64,000 bases of DNA. Source: Paramoeba atlantica. Its lineage: Eukaryota > Protista > Discosea. The first letter of the stretch is position 1, and each line of letters begins with the position of its first letter. The notes below the pieces were generated by a model. The model did no database searches. It was given only the letters and a program-made list of their open reading frames with translations, and was not told where the DNA came from. Both the position numbers and the translations under genes were made by a program. Where the stretch lies: positions 64,329-128,328 of the forward strand of contig CDRNVI010000153.1 of assembly GCA_977017575.1 (NCBI GenBank), in the 5' to 3' direction. Shown one piece after another: positions 23,650 through 37,830 of the stretch.

Positions 23650-26600
23650 CAAATTGGTCTGGACTTAACTTTGTTTCCTTTTTCTTTGATGTGCAGTTTT
23701 TGGGATGGAAAATGTTGTTCTAAGGCTTTTGAGAAAGAGGAGAAGGAGAAGAAGTCGGAAGAGAAGAAGGAGGAGAGAAAGAAGAGGAAGAAGAGGAAGA
23801 AGAGGAAGAAGAGGAGGAATTCAATTTACTTTGAAGATCCAAAAGCTTTGATAAATTCGTAGTGCGATTATAATGTGGAATTAAAACATGTCCAAGAAAG
23901 TGGGGATGGTTTTGGCAGAGATGTCCAATTTGTCTGTACATTCGAATAAAAAATCGATTAATAATCAAAAAAAAATGAAGAAAAGATTCATTTAATTGAA
24001 TAAATGAATTAATTAATAAATAAATACATTAATAAATATATACATGAATAAATCAATAAATAAATAATAAAAATAAAATAAAATAAAAGGGAATAAATTT
24101 AACCTTAAAATATAATCTTGTCGATTCAAAGGCAAATCACGAATCAAAACAACACTTGTCTCACTCAAAACTTCCACCCAAAAAGAGAACGAAGAAGAAA
24201 AAGAAAGAGTCGAGCTCAGAGAAGAGAGAGAAGAGAGAGAAGAAGAGAGAGCCGGAGGAGGAGGAAAGAGAGAAGGAAAGAGATCGAGGAGATGAACTAT
24301 CTTTGACAATGATTGTACATTCTAAAAAAAAAAAAGTACAATAAGGGAGAGGAGAAAGAGAAGAGAAAGAGAAGAGAGAAGAGAAGAGAGAAAAGAAGAG
24401 AGAGAAAAGAAAAAGTGGAATAAAAAAATAACCTCTAAAGAAATGAGATGAATCCAGAGACAAATTCTCTCATGGAAAGAAAGATTTTTACTTTTGATCC
24501 CTTTTTCGAGTACTTCAAATATTAATTCATCTAAAAAAAAAAATGTTTCATAAAAAAATAAGGAATTGAAAATTAAAAAAGTAAAATAAAATAAGGAATA
24601 ATAAATCTTTTCTTGTTCTCTTTTCTTTTTCTCTTTTCTTTTTCTCTTTTCTTTTCTCTCTTCTCTTACTCTCTCTTCTAAAAAAAGAAAATCAAACCAA
24701 CAGGTTGAGAAACAACACATCCAACAAAACGAATTAAATTCACAAAACAAAGCCAAGTAAACACATCGACATTTCTTTCTCCTTTCTTCCCTTCAATCTC
24801 TTTCTCTTCTTGCCCGCTCTCTTGTTCCCTCTCACTCTCTCCTTTCTCTTCTGTACTGACAACTTCCATATCACTTTCATCATCACTTTCAGAAGAAGAA
24901 AGAGAAGAAGAGAGAGAGAGAGAAGAAGAAGAAGAAGAGAAAGAAAAAGGAAAATATTTTTCTAAAAGAGGAAAAGTTTCATCTTTTAAAATATCACAAA
25001 AAATAGAAAGTGACTCAAATAATTTCTCCATTTGTTCTTTTGATCTTTCTTCTCTCTTCTTCTCTCTTCTTCTCTTTTCCTTCTCTTCTTTCTCTCTCTC
25101 ATCTTCAAAAATCAGAGAAGTTAAAAAATCTGAGTCAAGAAAAACAATCGGAGAAGAATCTTCTTTCTTTCTCTCTCTTTTCTCTTCTCCATCTCTCGCT
25201 CTCTCTCTTTTTTCTTTCTCTTTCTCTCTATTTTTTTGTAAACTCAAAAAATAAGAGGTTGTGCTTTTGAGGTATTTTTGAACAAAACTTTCCTTGTAAG
25301 GAAGAGAGAAGAGGTTCTTTGGGAGGAGAAGAGAGAAGAAAGAGAAGAAAGAGAAGAAAGAGAGAAGAAAGGATAAAGAAAGAGAAGAAGAGAGGAAGAG
25401 AGGAAGAGAGGAAGAGAAGAAGAGATAAAAGAAAGAAGACAAGGAGAGAGAGAAGGAGAGAGAGAATAGGAAACGGAGTAGAGGAAGAAAGAAATTAACA
25501 AAGAAGAAGAAGGAAAAAAAATAGAAGGAAAAGAAGAAAAGAAAGAAAAGAAAGAAAAGAAAGAAAAGAAAGAAAAGAAAGAAAAGAAAGAAAGAAAAGA
25601 AAAGAAAGAAAGAAGAAAAGAAAAGACCTCAGAAGCGGTTTGGAGCCCACAAATTAAATATTGAATTTGGAAATTCAAAAAAATTACAAAATCTCTGTTA
25701 TTTAAATTTCAAAAAAAAAAAAAAGATTAACAGAAAAGAAAAGAAAAGAAAAGAACAGAACAGAAAAGAAAGAAAAGAAAAAAAAAAATGGAAGTAAAAG
25801 AAAAGAAAGAAAAAAAAGAAAAAAAAGGAAAAAAGGAAAAAAAAGGAAAAAAAAAAAAAGGAAAAAAGGAGGAAAAAAGGGGAAAAAATGTAAAAAAATT
25901 AAGAATTTAAAAAATAAATCCAAAAAAAAACCTTGTTTTAGGACACTTAAAAGGAAACAAAACAAGAGTCGAACAAAACTTCAAAACTCCTTCTTTATTT
26001 CCTTTTTAACCAAAATTGAGTATTTTTATTTATTTTCTTTTTTTTTGCAAAAGAAAAAAAAGAAAAAAAAGGAGAGAAAAAGAAAAAGAAAAAAAGAAAA
26101 AAGAAAAAAAGAAAAAGAAAAAAGAAGAAGAAAAAGAAAAAAAAAGAAAAAAAGAAAAAAAGAAAAAGAAAAAGAAAAAAAAAGAAAAAAAAAATTTAAA
26201 GAAAATGTAAAAAACCAAAATGAGAATGAAAGAGAAGAAAAGAGCGAAGAATCATCCATTGAGAAGCTCCCAATTTTTTCTCCAAAATTGAAACCAATTC
26301 TTCTTCTGTTTTTATTTTTTTTTTAATGAAGAATAAATAATAAGAATAAATAATCATAAAATAAAAAATAATAAGAAAAATAAAAATAATAAGTAAAAAA
26401 AAATAAAAAAAAAATATAATAATAAATAAAAAATAAAAAAAAATAAAAAAAAATAAAAAAAAATAAAAAAAATAAAAAAAATAAAAAAAATAAAAAAAAT
26501 AAAAAAAAATAAAAAAAATAAAAAAAATAAAAAAAAAACCTTTTGATTTTTCAAAAGAAAAATAATTCTTCTTTCCAACAAACTCAAAAACAAACTCAAA

Positions 26601-29022
26601 AACAGAACAATGAACCAACAAAGGAACAAAAACTCCAAACATTTCCCCCACTCTCTCTCCCCATCTCTCTTCTTCTCCTTCTCTCTCTCTCTCTTCTCTC
26701 TCTTCCCCTCTCTCTCTCCTCTCTCTCCTCTCTCTCTCTTTCTCTTCTCTCTCTCTCTTCTTTTTCCCCCAATCGATTTCAATGCAATCTAAATTCAAAG
26801 AATTGTTCACAAAAAAAGATAAATAAATTAAAAAAAGAAAACAAAATCCGTCGATTGTTGTTTTACAATTTGGGCAGAGAGAGAGAGAGAGAGAAGAGAG
26901 AGAGGAAGAAGAGAGAGAAGAAGAGAGAGAAGAAGAAGAAGGAGAAGAAGAAGAAGAAGAAGAGAGAGAAGAAGAGGTTAAAAGAGAAGAATGAAGAGAG
27001 AAGAGATAAGAGAGAAAGGCCTGGGGAGAAGAAGAGGGAGAGAGATGGAGCTCTTCTATTGAAGCAGAGAGAGAGAGGAAAGAAGAGAGAGAAGAAGAAG
27101 AGAGAGGAGAAGAGAGAGAAGGAGAGAGAGAAGAAAGAGAAACAGATTTCGATAATTTGAGAGCATTTTTTTCTGTTTCATTTTCGGTTTCTATTTCTTC
27201 TTCTTCTTCTTCTCTCTCTTTCTCTTTCTCTTTCTCTTTTTCTTCTTTTTCTTCTTTTTCTTCTTTTTCTTCTTTTTCTTTCATTTCTTCTTTCTTTCTT
27301 CCCTCTCTCTCTTTCTCTCTCTTTCTCTCTCTCTCTTCTCTTTCTCTTTTTTCAAACTCTTTCAAAATCAAAAGAGAGAGAGAAAGAAAAGAAGAAGAAA
27401 ACATTTTTTCTCCAAAATTTTCTTCTCTTCCAACAATTAAATCAATTAATTGTAACTTGTTTTCTTTCTCTTTCTCTTTCTCTCTCTTTCTTTTCTTTTT
27501 CGAAGGAGCAGAAAAGGGAAGAGAAGAAGAAGAAGAGAGGGAGAGAGAAGAAGAAGAAGAAGAAGAAGAGGAACAGTTTATAACCATAGAACTGAAGGAA
27601 TTTTCAATGAAATTTCTGGAAAAATCAGATTTTAGCTTTTCTCAAAAATTAATTCACTCATTTGAAAATTTTTTTTTTAACATTTTCTTTTTCATGTTAA
27701 ATAAAAAATAAAATTTGGTTTTTTTTAAATTTTATTTGATTGTTATTTTCATTAAAATTCAATATTATTAAATTCTTGAACTTAAAAAATAATAAATAAA
27801 ATAAAACAAAATAAAATAATAAAAATAATCAGAAAAAAAAACCGAAATTCAATATCAGAAAAAGAAGAAAGAACATCAAAACGAGAAATATAAAGAATCC
27901 AAATCTCTGGACAAGGGACAACCTTCACTGCTGATCTGGAGAGAGTTTTTTTTTGTTTAGTATTTTAAAAAGAGAAGAGAGAAAAGAGAAAGAGAAAAGA
28001 GAAAGAAAGAAAGAAAAAAGAACTTGAAAACTCTTTGTAAAACACGAGAAGAAACAGAAGGATTTCTCAAAAGTAAAATTCGAATATACAAAGTCCAAAA
28101 AATTTTATCTTTTTTGTGTGTTTCCACTATAAAATTATTAGAAAAGAGAGGGAGGGAAGAGAGGAAAGAAGAGAGAGATAAAGAGAAAAGAGAAAAGAGA
28201 GTGAGAGAGAGAGAAAGAGAGAGAGTAAAAGAGAGAGAAAAGAAAACCAGCTCTCGCCAATAAAGGAAGAACTTCTTCTCTTAAATTTGGAGAAATTTGT
28301 TGTAAATTCATTTGAAAAATCTCTTTTAATCCCATCTTTTTTTTTTGTATTAATTATTTATTAATTATTATTTATTAATTATTATTTATTATTTATTATT
28401 TATTATTCTTTATTAATATATTATTCTTTTATATTCTTTTTATTTTCTTATTTCTTTTCTATTTTCTTTTCTATGTTTTATGTTTTGTTATTCAATTTAT
28501 TTTCTTAACAAATAAAATAATTTATTAAAAAAAAAAAATACCTCATTTTGATTGGGTTTTCTTCCAAACAAAATACTCAAAATAGCAAAAAGAAATTCTT
28601 CTTTTGTTGTTGTTGCACTAAAAGATTCGGAAACTCCTTCGTGATATCTTGTTTCTGAGGAAGAGAAGGAAGAAGAAAGGAGAGAATAGTAGAGGGAAGA
28701 GGAAAAGAAAAGAAAAAAATAGAAAAAAATAGAAAAGAAGAAAAGAAAAATAATAAGAACCAAAAAAGAAGAAAAGAAAAAGAAAAAGATGGAATACCAA
28801 AAACCTATTAAAAAAAAAATTAGAAAAGAAAAAAAGAAAAAGAAAAAGAAAAAGAAAACAAAAAGAAAAAAAGAAAAAGAAAAAGAAAAAAAGAAAAAGA
28901 AAAAGAAAAAGAAAAAAGAAAACAAAAACAAAAATGAAAAAAAAGAAATGAAAAAATTGAAAAAAATAGAAAAAAAAAAATAGAAAAAAAAACAAACATT
29001 CGAAAATTCATTTTTCTCCCTT

Positions 29023-29054
<32 letters not shown>

Positions 29055-31183
29055 TCTCTCCTTTCTCTTCTTTCCCTTCTTTCCCTTCTTTCCTTTTCCT
29101 TTCTTTCCCCCCTTCTTCGCCCCTCCTCTCTTCCCTCCTCTCTTCCCTTTCTTGCTTCCTCCTTTCTCTTTCTCTCTCTCTTCTTCTTCTTCTCTTTCTT
29201 CTTCCTCTTCTTCTTCTTCTTCTTCTCTCTCTTCCTCTTCTCTCTCTCCAAAAAATGGAATAAAATCATCATCTTTTAATTCTGCAAATCCTCTCATTTT
29301 CTCTCTCTCTTCCCTCTCTCTTTCTCTCTCTCTTATTCTCTCTCCTTTTCTTTTTCTTTTTCTCTCTCTTTCTTTTTCCTCTTTCTCTCCTTTCTCTCCT
29401 TTCTCTCTTTTCTCTCTTTTCTCTCTTTTCTCTTCTTTCTCTTCTTTCTCTTTTCTCTTCATTATTCCCTCTTCTTCTTGGACATTACGAACACATTTCT
29501 TTTTTGATGGAGGTTCTTTCTCTCTCTTTTTCTCTTTCTCTTCTTTCTCTTCCTCTTCTCTTCCTTTCTTTTTTTCTTTCTCTTTCTCTTTCTCTTTCCC
29601 TTCCTCTCTTTTTCTCTTCAAATTTGTCTCTTTTTCTTCTCCTTCTTTCTCTTTTTCTCTATCCTTTTCTTTGTCCTGTTTTTTTTGAAGCCTTCGAGGA
29701 GCTATAAAAAAAAATTAAAGAAAGAAAGAAGAGAAGAGAAGAAAAGAGAAAAAAAAGGAAAGAGAAAAGAAAGAAAGAGAAAGAGAGAAGAGAGAAAACC
29801 TCTAAAACTTCCCCAACCAGGAGGTTTTTCTTTCTTTCTTTTAGTGCTCAAAGACAAACCAATCTAGAGAGAGAGAAAGGGAGAGAGGAGAAGAAGAGAG
29901 GAGAAGAAAAGAGGAGAGAAAGAAATATCATGTATTAATTATTTTTCTTAAATAAAATAAAAATGAATAAATAAATAACAAAAAATAAAAAATAAAAGAA
30001 AATAAAAGAAAGAAATAAAAAAAAAAATAAAAATAAAAATAAAATAAATAAAATAAAATAAAATAAAATAAAATAAAATAAAATAAAATAAAATAAAATA
30101 AAATAAAATAAAATAAAATAAAATAAAATAAAATAAAAAAATCTTTCAACCTGCTTACGATCCCTCAAAGCCAACAAATCACGAACAACACAAACAAGAG
30201 GCTCCCCCCCTCTCAACAACTCCAAATAAAAAGAAGAAAGAGAAAAAGAAAGAGAAAGAAAATGAATAATTTCTCTCAAAATTCTCTCTGGATCTTGAGT
30301 TGCTGTGTATTTGTGGTTTGGTGATAGGTGTTGGAATTCGCATGATGGTGCGTTGCATTGGCTGTTAAGTAGAGGAGAGAGAGGAGAGAGAGGGGAAAGA
30401 GAATGAAGAGAAGAGAGAAAAGAAAAATTTAATTCAAATGAATCCTCAAAAAAACTACAAAAAAAAAAAGAAAAAGAAAGTAATAAAAAAGAAAGAAAGA
30501 AAAGAAAGAAAAGAAAGAAAAGAAAGAAAAAAGAAAGAAAAAAAGAAAGAAAAAAGAAAAGAAAAAAAGAAAAAAAAAACCCATGAAGTTCAAAACGACA
30601 AATAGGACGAATTGGATCAAATCGAACAGAAAATTGTCGAATCATTCTCTCTGCCTCTTCTTCTTCTTCTTCTTCTTCTTCTTCTCTCTCTTTCTCTTCC
30701 TCACTTCTTCTCTCTCCCTCTCCTTTCTCTTCTTGATGAACCCAATAACCTCGAAACATATTCAACGGACTAACATAATTAAAAGAAATTTCTCTTTCTC
30801 TTTCTTTCATTCCTTCACTCTCCCCTTCTCTTCTTCTCAAAAAAAACATCGCTCTCTCTTCTCTCTCCTCTCTCTCCTCCCTCTCCTCTCTATCCTCTTC
30901 CCTCTCTCTCTCTTCTTCCCTCTCTCTCTCCTCCCTCTCCTCTCCCTCTCCTCTCTCTTCTCCCTCTCTCCTCTCTCTCAAAACAGAAGAAGAAGAAGAA
31001 GAGAGAGTAGAAACAGGATTCCAAAGAAGAAGAAGAAAAGGTTTGTGTGGAGGAAGAGAGAGATGACCAATATCTGAAAGGGGACCTTTTGTTGAGATCC
31101 CTTTTTTTTCAATCTGAAGAAAGAGAAGAGAAGAAGAGAAGAGAAGAAATTAGAAAAGAAAAAAGAAAAAAGAAAAAAGAAAG

Positions 31184-31222
<39 letters not shown>

Positions 31223-34200
31223 GAGAGAAAGAGAAGAGAGAAAGAGAAGAGAGAAAGAGAAAAGAACCATTGTAATAAGAGATTGGCTAATTTCGCAACA
31301 CTTTTCGGTGTCTCCTTTTTCTTTTTCGATCAAAACAGAAGAGGAAGAAGAGAGAGAAGAAGAGACGGAAGAAGAGAGAGAAGAAGAGAGAGAAGAAGAG
31401 AGAGAAGAAGAGAGAGAAGATTGAGTAGAGGGCGTTGGGTCTCTCTTTCTCTTTCTCATTGCCGTCGTCGTCGTTGCTGTCTTTGTTGACAATGGTAATG
31501 ATGTTGTTGTCTTTGTTGATGATGTCGATGGTAATGATGTTGGTGTTGTTTTCTTTGTTGATGTTGATGGTAATGTTGTTGTTGTTTTTGTTTTTGTTGG
31601 TGATGGTAATGCCGTTGTTGTTTTTGATATTGTTTTCTTTGGAACACCAACCGTTGTTGCTGGAGTGGATGTCGACTTTGGTGTTGTTGTCCTTGCTGTT
31701 GTAGTAGCAGTTGTTGTTGTTGTTGTTGTTGTTGTCTTTGTTGATGGAGAAGGCGAAGGAGAAGAAGGAGATGGTAAGGGAGACAAATAGAGAGAGGGAG
31801 ATGCAGGAGAAAAATCTGAAGAAGAGAATAATAAAGGAGAAGCTGTCGAGGATGAAGGGAGAGAAGAAGAAGAAGAAAGAGAAGAGATTTCAAGCTCAAT
31901 TTCTTTTGGATTTGACTGAAAAGATTTGAGTCTCTGTCTTTTCTTTTGTGGTGGAGAAGTATTTCCTGAATTGTTTGTTTTTGTGAGGATGAGTTCGTCT
32001 TCTTGGTCGTCCTATTCGAAGAGAAGAGAGAAAGAATAAGAAACAAATAGAAATAAATAATAGAAAATAAATGAAAAGAAAAGAAAAGAAAAGAAAAGAA
32101 AAGAAAAGAAAAGAAAAGAAAAGAAAGAAAAAAAGAAAAAAAGAAAATAAACAAATAAATAAAAAATATAAACATAAATAAAAACCTCAGCCAATTCCAT
32201 ACCACGACGACCACCTTGGTCCCTACCAATCTCATCCACCATCTCAACAACAGAAGGAATCACAAGAGGACCCGAAAGAAGAGAAGAAAGAGAAGAAGAA
32301 AGAAGAGAAGAAGAAGAAAAAGAAAAAGAAGAAGAAGAAGAAAAAGAAGAATAAAGACTCTCTTCTTCCTCTGTAGTAACATATCCTCTCTCACCCCTCT
32401 CTCTCTCTCTCCTCTCCTTCTCTCTCTTTTCCCTCTCCCCCTCTTCAAACTGCCTCAACTCAAAATCCAACAACATATCTTTAAAACTCTCTTTCTCTCT
32501 CCTCTCTTCTCTCTCTCTCTCTCTCTCTAAATTCTTCTTCTCTTCTACTTGAAGAGCAATAAGCTCAACAAATGTTTGAAAATATTGTTGTTGTTGTTCT
32601 TGTAATTGTTTGCGAAGTTCTTCTTCTTCTTCTTGAAGAGAAGACAATTGTTGTTGCGATATTTCTTGAGTTTTTATCAAGTGACTTTGTGTTGTTTTTT
32701 GGTGTGTTGTCTGTTTTGGGAGAGAAAAGAAAAAGAGAAAGAGAAAGAAAAAAATTCTTATTATTTGCTGTTCAAAAAAAAACTTTTTTCTTTCTTTTTT
32801 CTCTTTCTTTTAAAAAAAAAATAACCTGAGAATTTAAAATTCCAAGTTTCAAAGGCAAAGAATTTTTAATTTTTTCTAAACTTGATTCTTCATTTTGTTT
32901 TCTTTTTTCTATTCTCTCCAGTTGCCTCACTTCTTCTTCTAATTTTTCGATTTCGAGAGAGATGTCTCTGGAGAAAGAAAGAGAGAAAGAAAGGAAAGAG
33001 AGAGAGAGAAAAGAGAGGGAGAAAGAAAAGAGAAAAGAGAAAAGAGTCAAAAAAAGAGAAAAAAGAGAGAACGAAAAGAAAAAGGGAAAGGAAAAAAGAA
33101 AGAAAGAAAAAAGCAAAAAGCAAACCGAATTTTCTTTTGTTGAGGAGCAGAAGAAACAGAAGAAACAGAAGAAGAAGAAGAAAGAGAAGAAGAACTTTCT
33201 CCACTTTGTTGTTTGCTTCTAATTTGAGTTGATTTTGTTGTTGGTTTTGTTGTTGTCGTTGTTGTTGTTGTTGTTTCTTTTGACGGAACTGGAACTTTTG
33301 CCTGAGCAAGAACTTTATCTGTTGTACCATCTTTCGTCACACTTTTTGAGAGACCTTTCGTCACATCTTTCCCTTCTTCACGAATTTTTTCTTTTTGTTG
33401 CTGTGCTCCCTTGTCAGAAAAAGAGGGGAGAGAAGAAGAAGAAGAAGAAGAAGAAGAAGAAGAAGAGAGAGAAGAAGAGAGAGAAGAAGAAGAAGAAAGA
33501 GAAGAAGAAAAGAGATCAAAAGACGCTTTAAGAGGTTCAATTGTCTTTTGCCGAAAAATCAAATATTGATCCCAAAGATGAGAGGAGCCAGTGGACATTT
33601 TATCCAAATTTTCTTCCATTTCTGTGATTTTTTGACCCCAATTTTGGATTTCTTGGCCCAATTTTTTGATTTCTTCTCTTTTTCTTTCTTCTTCTTTTCT
33701 TCTCTCTTCTTCTTCTTCTTCTTCTTCTTCTCTTCTCTCTTTTTCTTTCTTTTCTTCTTCTCTTTTTTTTCTCTCTTCTTCTCTTCTTGTTTCTCTTTTC
33801 TTCCTTTCTTCTTCTCTTCTTTTCTCTTCTTTATTTTTTTCTTCCCTGTTCCTTTTCTCTTCTTCTCTTTTTATGTCTTCAATTTTCTTCGCTTCTTTTC
33901 TTCGTCTTTCTTCGTCTTTCTTCTTCTCTTCCTCTCTCTTCTTCTCTTCTTCTTTCTTCTTCTCTTCTTCTCTTTTCTTCTCTTCTTCTCTCTTCTTCTC
34001 TTCTTCTCTTCTCTTCTCTTCTCTCTTTCTCTCTTCTTCTCTTCTCTCTTCTTCTCTCTTCTTCTCCCTCGCTTCTTCTTCTCTTCTTTTCTCTTCTTCT
34101 CTTCTTTTCTCTTCTTCTCTTCTTCTCTCTTCTTCTCTTCTTCTCTCTTCTTCTCTTTTTTTCTCTTCTTCTCTTCTCTTCTCTTCTTCTCTTCTCTTCT

Positions 34201-37200
34201 CTTCTTCTCTTCTCTTCTCTTCTTCTCTTCTTCTCTCTTCTTCTCTCCTCTCCTCTTCTCTCTTCCTCTCGTCTTCCCTCTTTCTCTCGTCTTCTCTCCT
34301 CTTCTCCTCTCTCTCTCTTTCTTCCTCTCTCTTCCTCTCTTCTTCCCGAATATTTTCTTCTTTCTCCCCCTCTCTTTCCTTCATCACTTCAAGAGCGTGA
34401 ATTATTTCTTTCTCTTTTTCTCCTACACCCATTATATTTTCTTCTTTACCAAGTAGTTTTCTTTCCCCTTCTTCTTTCTTCTCTCCTCCCTCCCCCTCTC
34501 CCTTTCTCTCTCTTTCATCTTCTTCCCTTCTTTCTCTCCTCCCACTTTCATCATCTTTTCTCTCTCCTCTTTCTCCTCTTTCTCCTCTTTCTCTTCTTTC
34601 ACTAGACCCAGTCATCCACCACATTCCTCCACTCGCCGCATCACCAGATCGATCCCGATCCCAATCGTACACTCTCCCCCATCGATTTCCCATCTCTCTC
34701 TCTCTCTCCCTCTCTCTCTCCCTCTCTCTCTCCCTCTCTCGATCACTCTCTCTATCTCTTTCCCTTTGCCTTTCCCTTTCTCGCGCTCTTTCTCGTGCTC
34801 TCTCCCTTTCTCGCGCTCTTTCTCTCTCCATTTCTCTCTCTCTATTCTCTCTCGCCTCAAATTGTTCTCGATTTTGGAAATCAAGAGGAATTGTACCTCG
34901 CTCAACATCAATAGGAGACCTTTTCATGTCCAAAGACTCTTCCTTTTTCACTTTTGGAGAAAGAGCTTGTTTTTGTGGAGGAGGAGAGTGTTGGCGAGAA
35001 GGACTTGGGTCGATTTCAATTGTAAAATGAGGAGAAGAACGGGGAGGAGGGGAGGAGCGAAGAGGAGAGCGAAGAGGAGAGCGAAGAGGAGAAAAGCGTG
35101 TCGGAGAACGAAGAGAAGAAGGAGGAGATGGAAAGGGGCCTCTTCTCGGAGGAGGAGGGGAGAAATCTCTTCTATTATGGCGAGAAAAGAATCGAGGGTG
35201 TCTCGGAGAAAGAGGAGATCTTTGTCTTCGAGCAGGAGGAAGAGGAGATGGTGATCGGCGTCTTGTTCTGTTTGGAGGGGAAGGTGTGTTTCTTCTTCTT
35301 CGAAGAATTGGTGTTCGAAGAGATGGGGGAGTTGTTCTATTTTGGTGAGGAGAAGAAGGAGGGGATCTTTTTGACCAAGAAGAAGAAGAAGAAGAAGAAG
35401 GGATTTGAGATCTCCAAGATGGAGAATTTCTCCAATTGGAAGAAAATCCTCCTCTCGAACGAGGTGAACGAGGCGAAGGAGATCGTCTTCCACGAGAAGG
35501 AGAAGGAGATAACCTTTTCCTTGGAAGTGATGTTGGAGAAGAAATTGATCTCCCTCTTCGATAAGAAGAAGAAGAGAAAGGAGGAGGTCGAGGGAGAGGG
35601 AGTGGAGGCTGAGGAGAAGAAGTAAAAATTGTTGATTGGCTTTTTCGAATGGGAGATCGAGTGGGAGAGAAAGGGGGGGATTCATTGTTTTTGCGATGGT
35701 CCCATCCTGATGATCTTGTTTCTCCAAATCTGAATTCAATTTTAGTTTTTCAATATTTTGAATTGAAATGAATAATAAATTAAGAATAAAATAAAGAAAA
35801 CTCGACAAAAAAGAAAAAGAAAAAGAAAGAAAGAGTGGAAAAAAAGAATAAATAAATAAATAAATAAATAATCACAATAAAATAACCACCTCTCTCTCCC
35901 AAAATCACGCGAAGGAGAAGATCGAAAACGAGGAGGAGAAGGAGTAATTTGTCTCAATTTTGAGAGTTGAATCACAGGAGATAAAGACTCTCTTCTTTCT
36001 ATTCTCTTGTTTCGAGGAGAAAGAGACTCTCTTCTTTCTATTCTCTTATTTCTAGGAGATAAAGAATCTCTTGATCGAATTCGAACAACAGAAAAAGAAG
36101 GAGATCTTCGAGAAACAAAAGAAGGAGAACGGCGCTCTCCTCCACTAAAGGAGAGAGGGGATCGCTGGTGGATAAAAGAAGAAGAAGGAGGAGAAGGAGA
36201 GAAGCGATGGAGAAAGGAAGGAGATTTTCCTCCTCCTCCTCTTTCTTGTTTTGAAAAAGAAAGAGGAGAAGATCTTCGAGGTCTTGTTTGTTCTCCGAAA
36301 TGAGAAAGAGGAGATGATAATCTTGATGTTGGAGGAGATGATCGTCTTGATAGTGGAGATGATAATCTTGATGATAGAGGAGATGGTTGTCTTGGTAATG
36401 GAGATGATCTTCTTAATTGGAGAGGAGGTGATCGTCTTGATAATGGAGGAGATGACATTCTTGATGGAGATGATAATCTTGATGTTGGAGGAGGGGACGT
36501 TCGTCTTGGTGGAGGAGGTGATGATCTACGCGTTGGAGATGATCGTCTTGACAATGGAGATGACAATCTTGACGATAGAGGAGGTGATCGTCTTGACAAT
36601 GGAGACGATAATCTTGATGATAGAGGAGGTGATCGTCTTGGTAATGGAGATGATCTTCTTGATTGGAGAGGAGGTGATCGTCTTGGTAATGGAGGTGATC
36701 GTCTTGATGATAGAGGGGATGAGAGTCGTGGTGGTGGAGGAGAAGATCGTCTTGATAATGGTGGAGATGATAATCTTGACGAGAGAGGAGGTGATCTTCT
36801 TGATAATGGTGGGGATGACAATCTTGACGATAGAGGAGATGAGTGTCTTGGAGGAGGAGATGGAGAACGGCGACGATCCCATCCACTTCGAAAAGTAGAA
36901 GGAGGAGGAGGAGGAGGAGGAAGATCTCGAAGTCTTCTTGGTGGAGGAGAAGATCTCCTTTCTTCATCTCTCCAACTAGAAGGAGGACTGCCAACAACAA
37001 CAACAGGACTTCGAGGTTGATAAGAAGATTTTTTTGGAGGTGACCTTCTATCTCCAAAAGAGAATTTTGATTCTCCTTGTCGTCCCCATCTTCCACTCAC
37101 TCCACCCCATGAAGAAGAAAGAGGAGGAGGAGGAGGAGATGAAGAAGGTTCATATTCTCTTCTTTGGTTCCGAGAAGGGGGACTTGTTTCTCGATCTCTT

Positions 37201-37517
37201 CTTTGAGAACCACGAAAATCCTTCATCTCCTTCTCTTCCTGGGTTGTTCTTGGAGGGGTCCTTCTTCCCTCATCTCGAAAACGAAGAGACGAACCACCAT
37301 GTGTGGTGGTGTTCCCTCTCTCTCTTCTCTCTTCATCTTCACGGAACCGATGATGATGTTGAGGGGGAAAGATTGGAGGGGGAGAACGACGTTGTTCTGG
37401 ATGAAAAGAAGAAGAAGAAGAAGAAGATCGTGCTTGTGGTGGTGGTGGTGGTGGTCGATGTAGTCTTGGAGGGTATCCTCCTCGTCGAGTTGTTCCTCGA
37501 AATCCTCTTCCCCTCAT
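23650..37517 (-). CDS. ZFC3H1/Red1-like nuclear RNA-decay adaptor: SP/RS-rich N-terminus, E/K/R helix, zf-C3H1, C-terminal helical repeats; many exons, 3' end approximate
   Basis: ATG 37517 (MRGRGFRG); exon 2 is open from ~35.73 to ~33.1 kb. Spliced motif YVSPLNMFRGY...FDPIRPICRFELHG/QCNAPSCEFQH at ~30.3-30.8 kb fits the Red1/ZFC3H1 C3H1 finger. Downstream exons include PEIWILYI-type segments. The exon chain below 30 kb is only partly resolved. Confidence 0.7.
26401..26530. repeat. (A7-8T)n intronic simple repeat
   Basis: Tandem AAAAAAAT-type units. Confidence 0.9.
30025..30135. repeat. (AAAAT)n intronic microsatellite
   Basis: Near-perfect pentanucleotide run. Confidence 0.95.
33700..34340 (-). 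repeat. Coding repeat EE(E/K)(K/R)RE forming a long charged helix
   Basis: ORF 33047..34951 contains ~200 aa of REEEKRREEEKKREEERR. Confidence 0.85.
36300..36870 (-). repeat. Coding ~21-nt repeat (SSPLSRR/SPPLSSR) in the ZFC3H1-like exon 1
   Basis: Recurrent GATGATAGAGGAG..GATCGTCTT units on the + strand; SP/RS peptide repeats on the - strand. Confidence 0.85.
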
Positions 37518-37830
37518 TCTTTCTTTCTTTCTTTTTTCTTCTCTGGCTCTTGCCAAAAGTCTTGTTTCTTTCGAAAAGAAAAGAAAAACGAAAAACAAAA
37601 AAAAAGGAAAGAAAACTGAAACGATTTATTCGACTATCAAAAAGAATCAAATTCATTTTTTTTTTGGTATTTATTTCGAGCATTTTGGTGCCTTTTTTTT
37701 TTTTCTTTTCTTTTTCTTTTTTGGTTGACTCAAGAGTTTTGTTGGTTTTTCAATTTTTTTGTTTTGTTTTGTTTTCTGATTTCAAAGAAAAAACCAAAAT
37801 ATCTTTTTTCAACAAACAAAAAAAAACATC

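Noticed and set aside
24000-37460. Many F/S/L-rich and K/R/E-rich ORFs, including 36251..36898 and 33395..34456
   Set aside because: Products of purine/pyrimidine simple repeats in introns, or antisense shadows of low-complexity exons.
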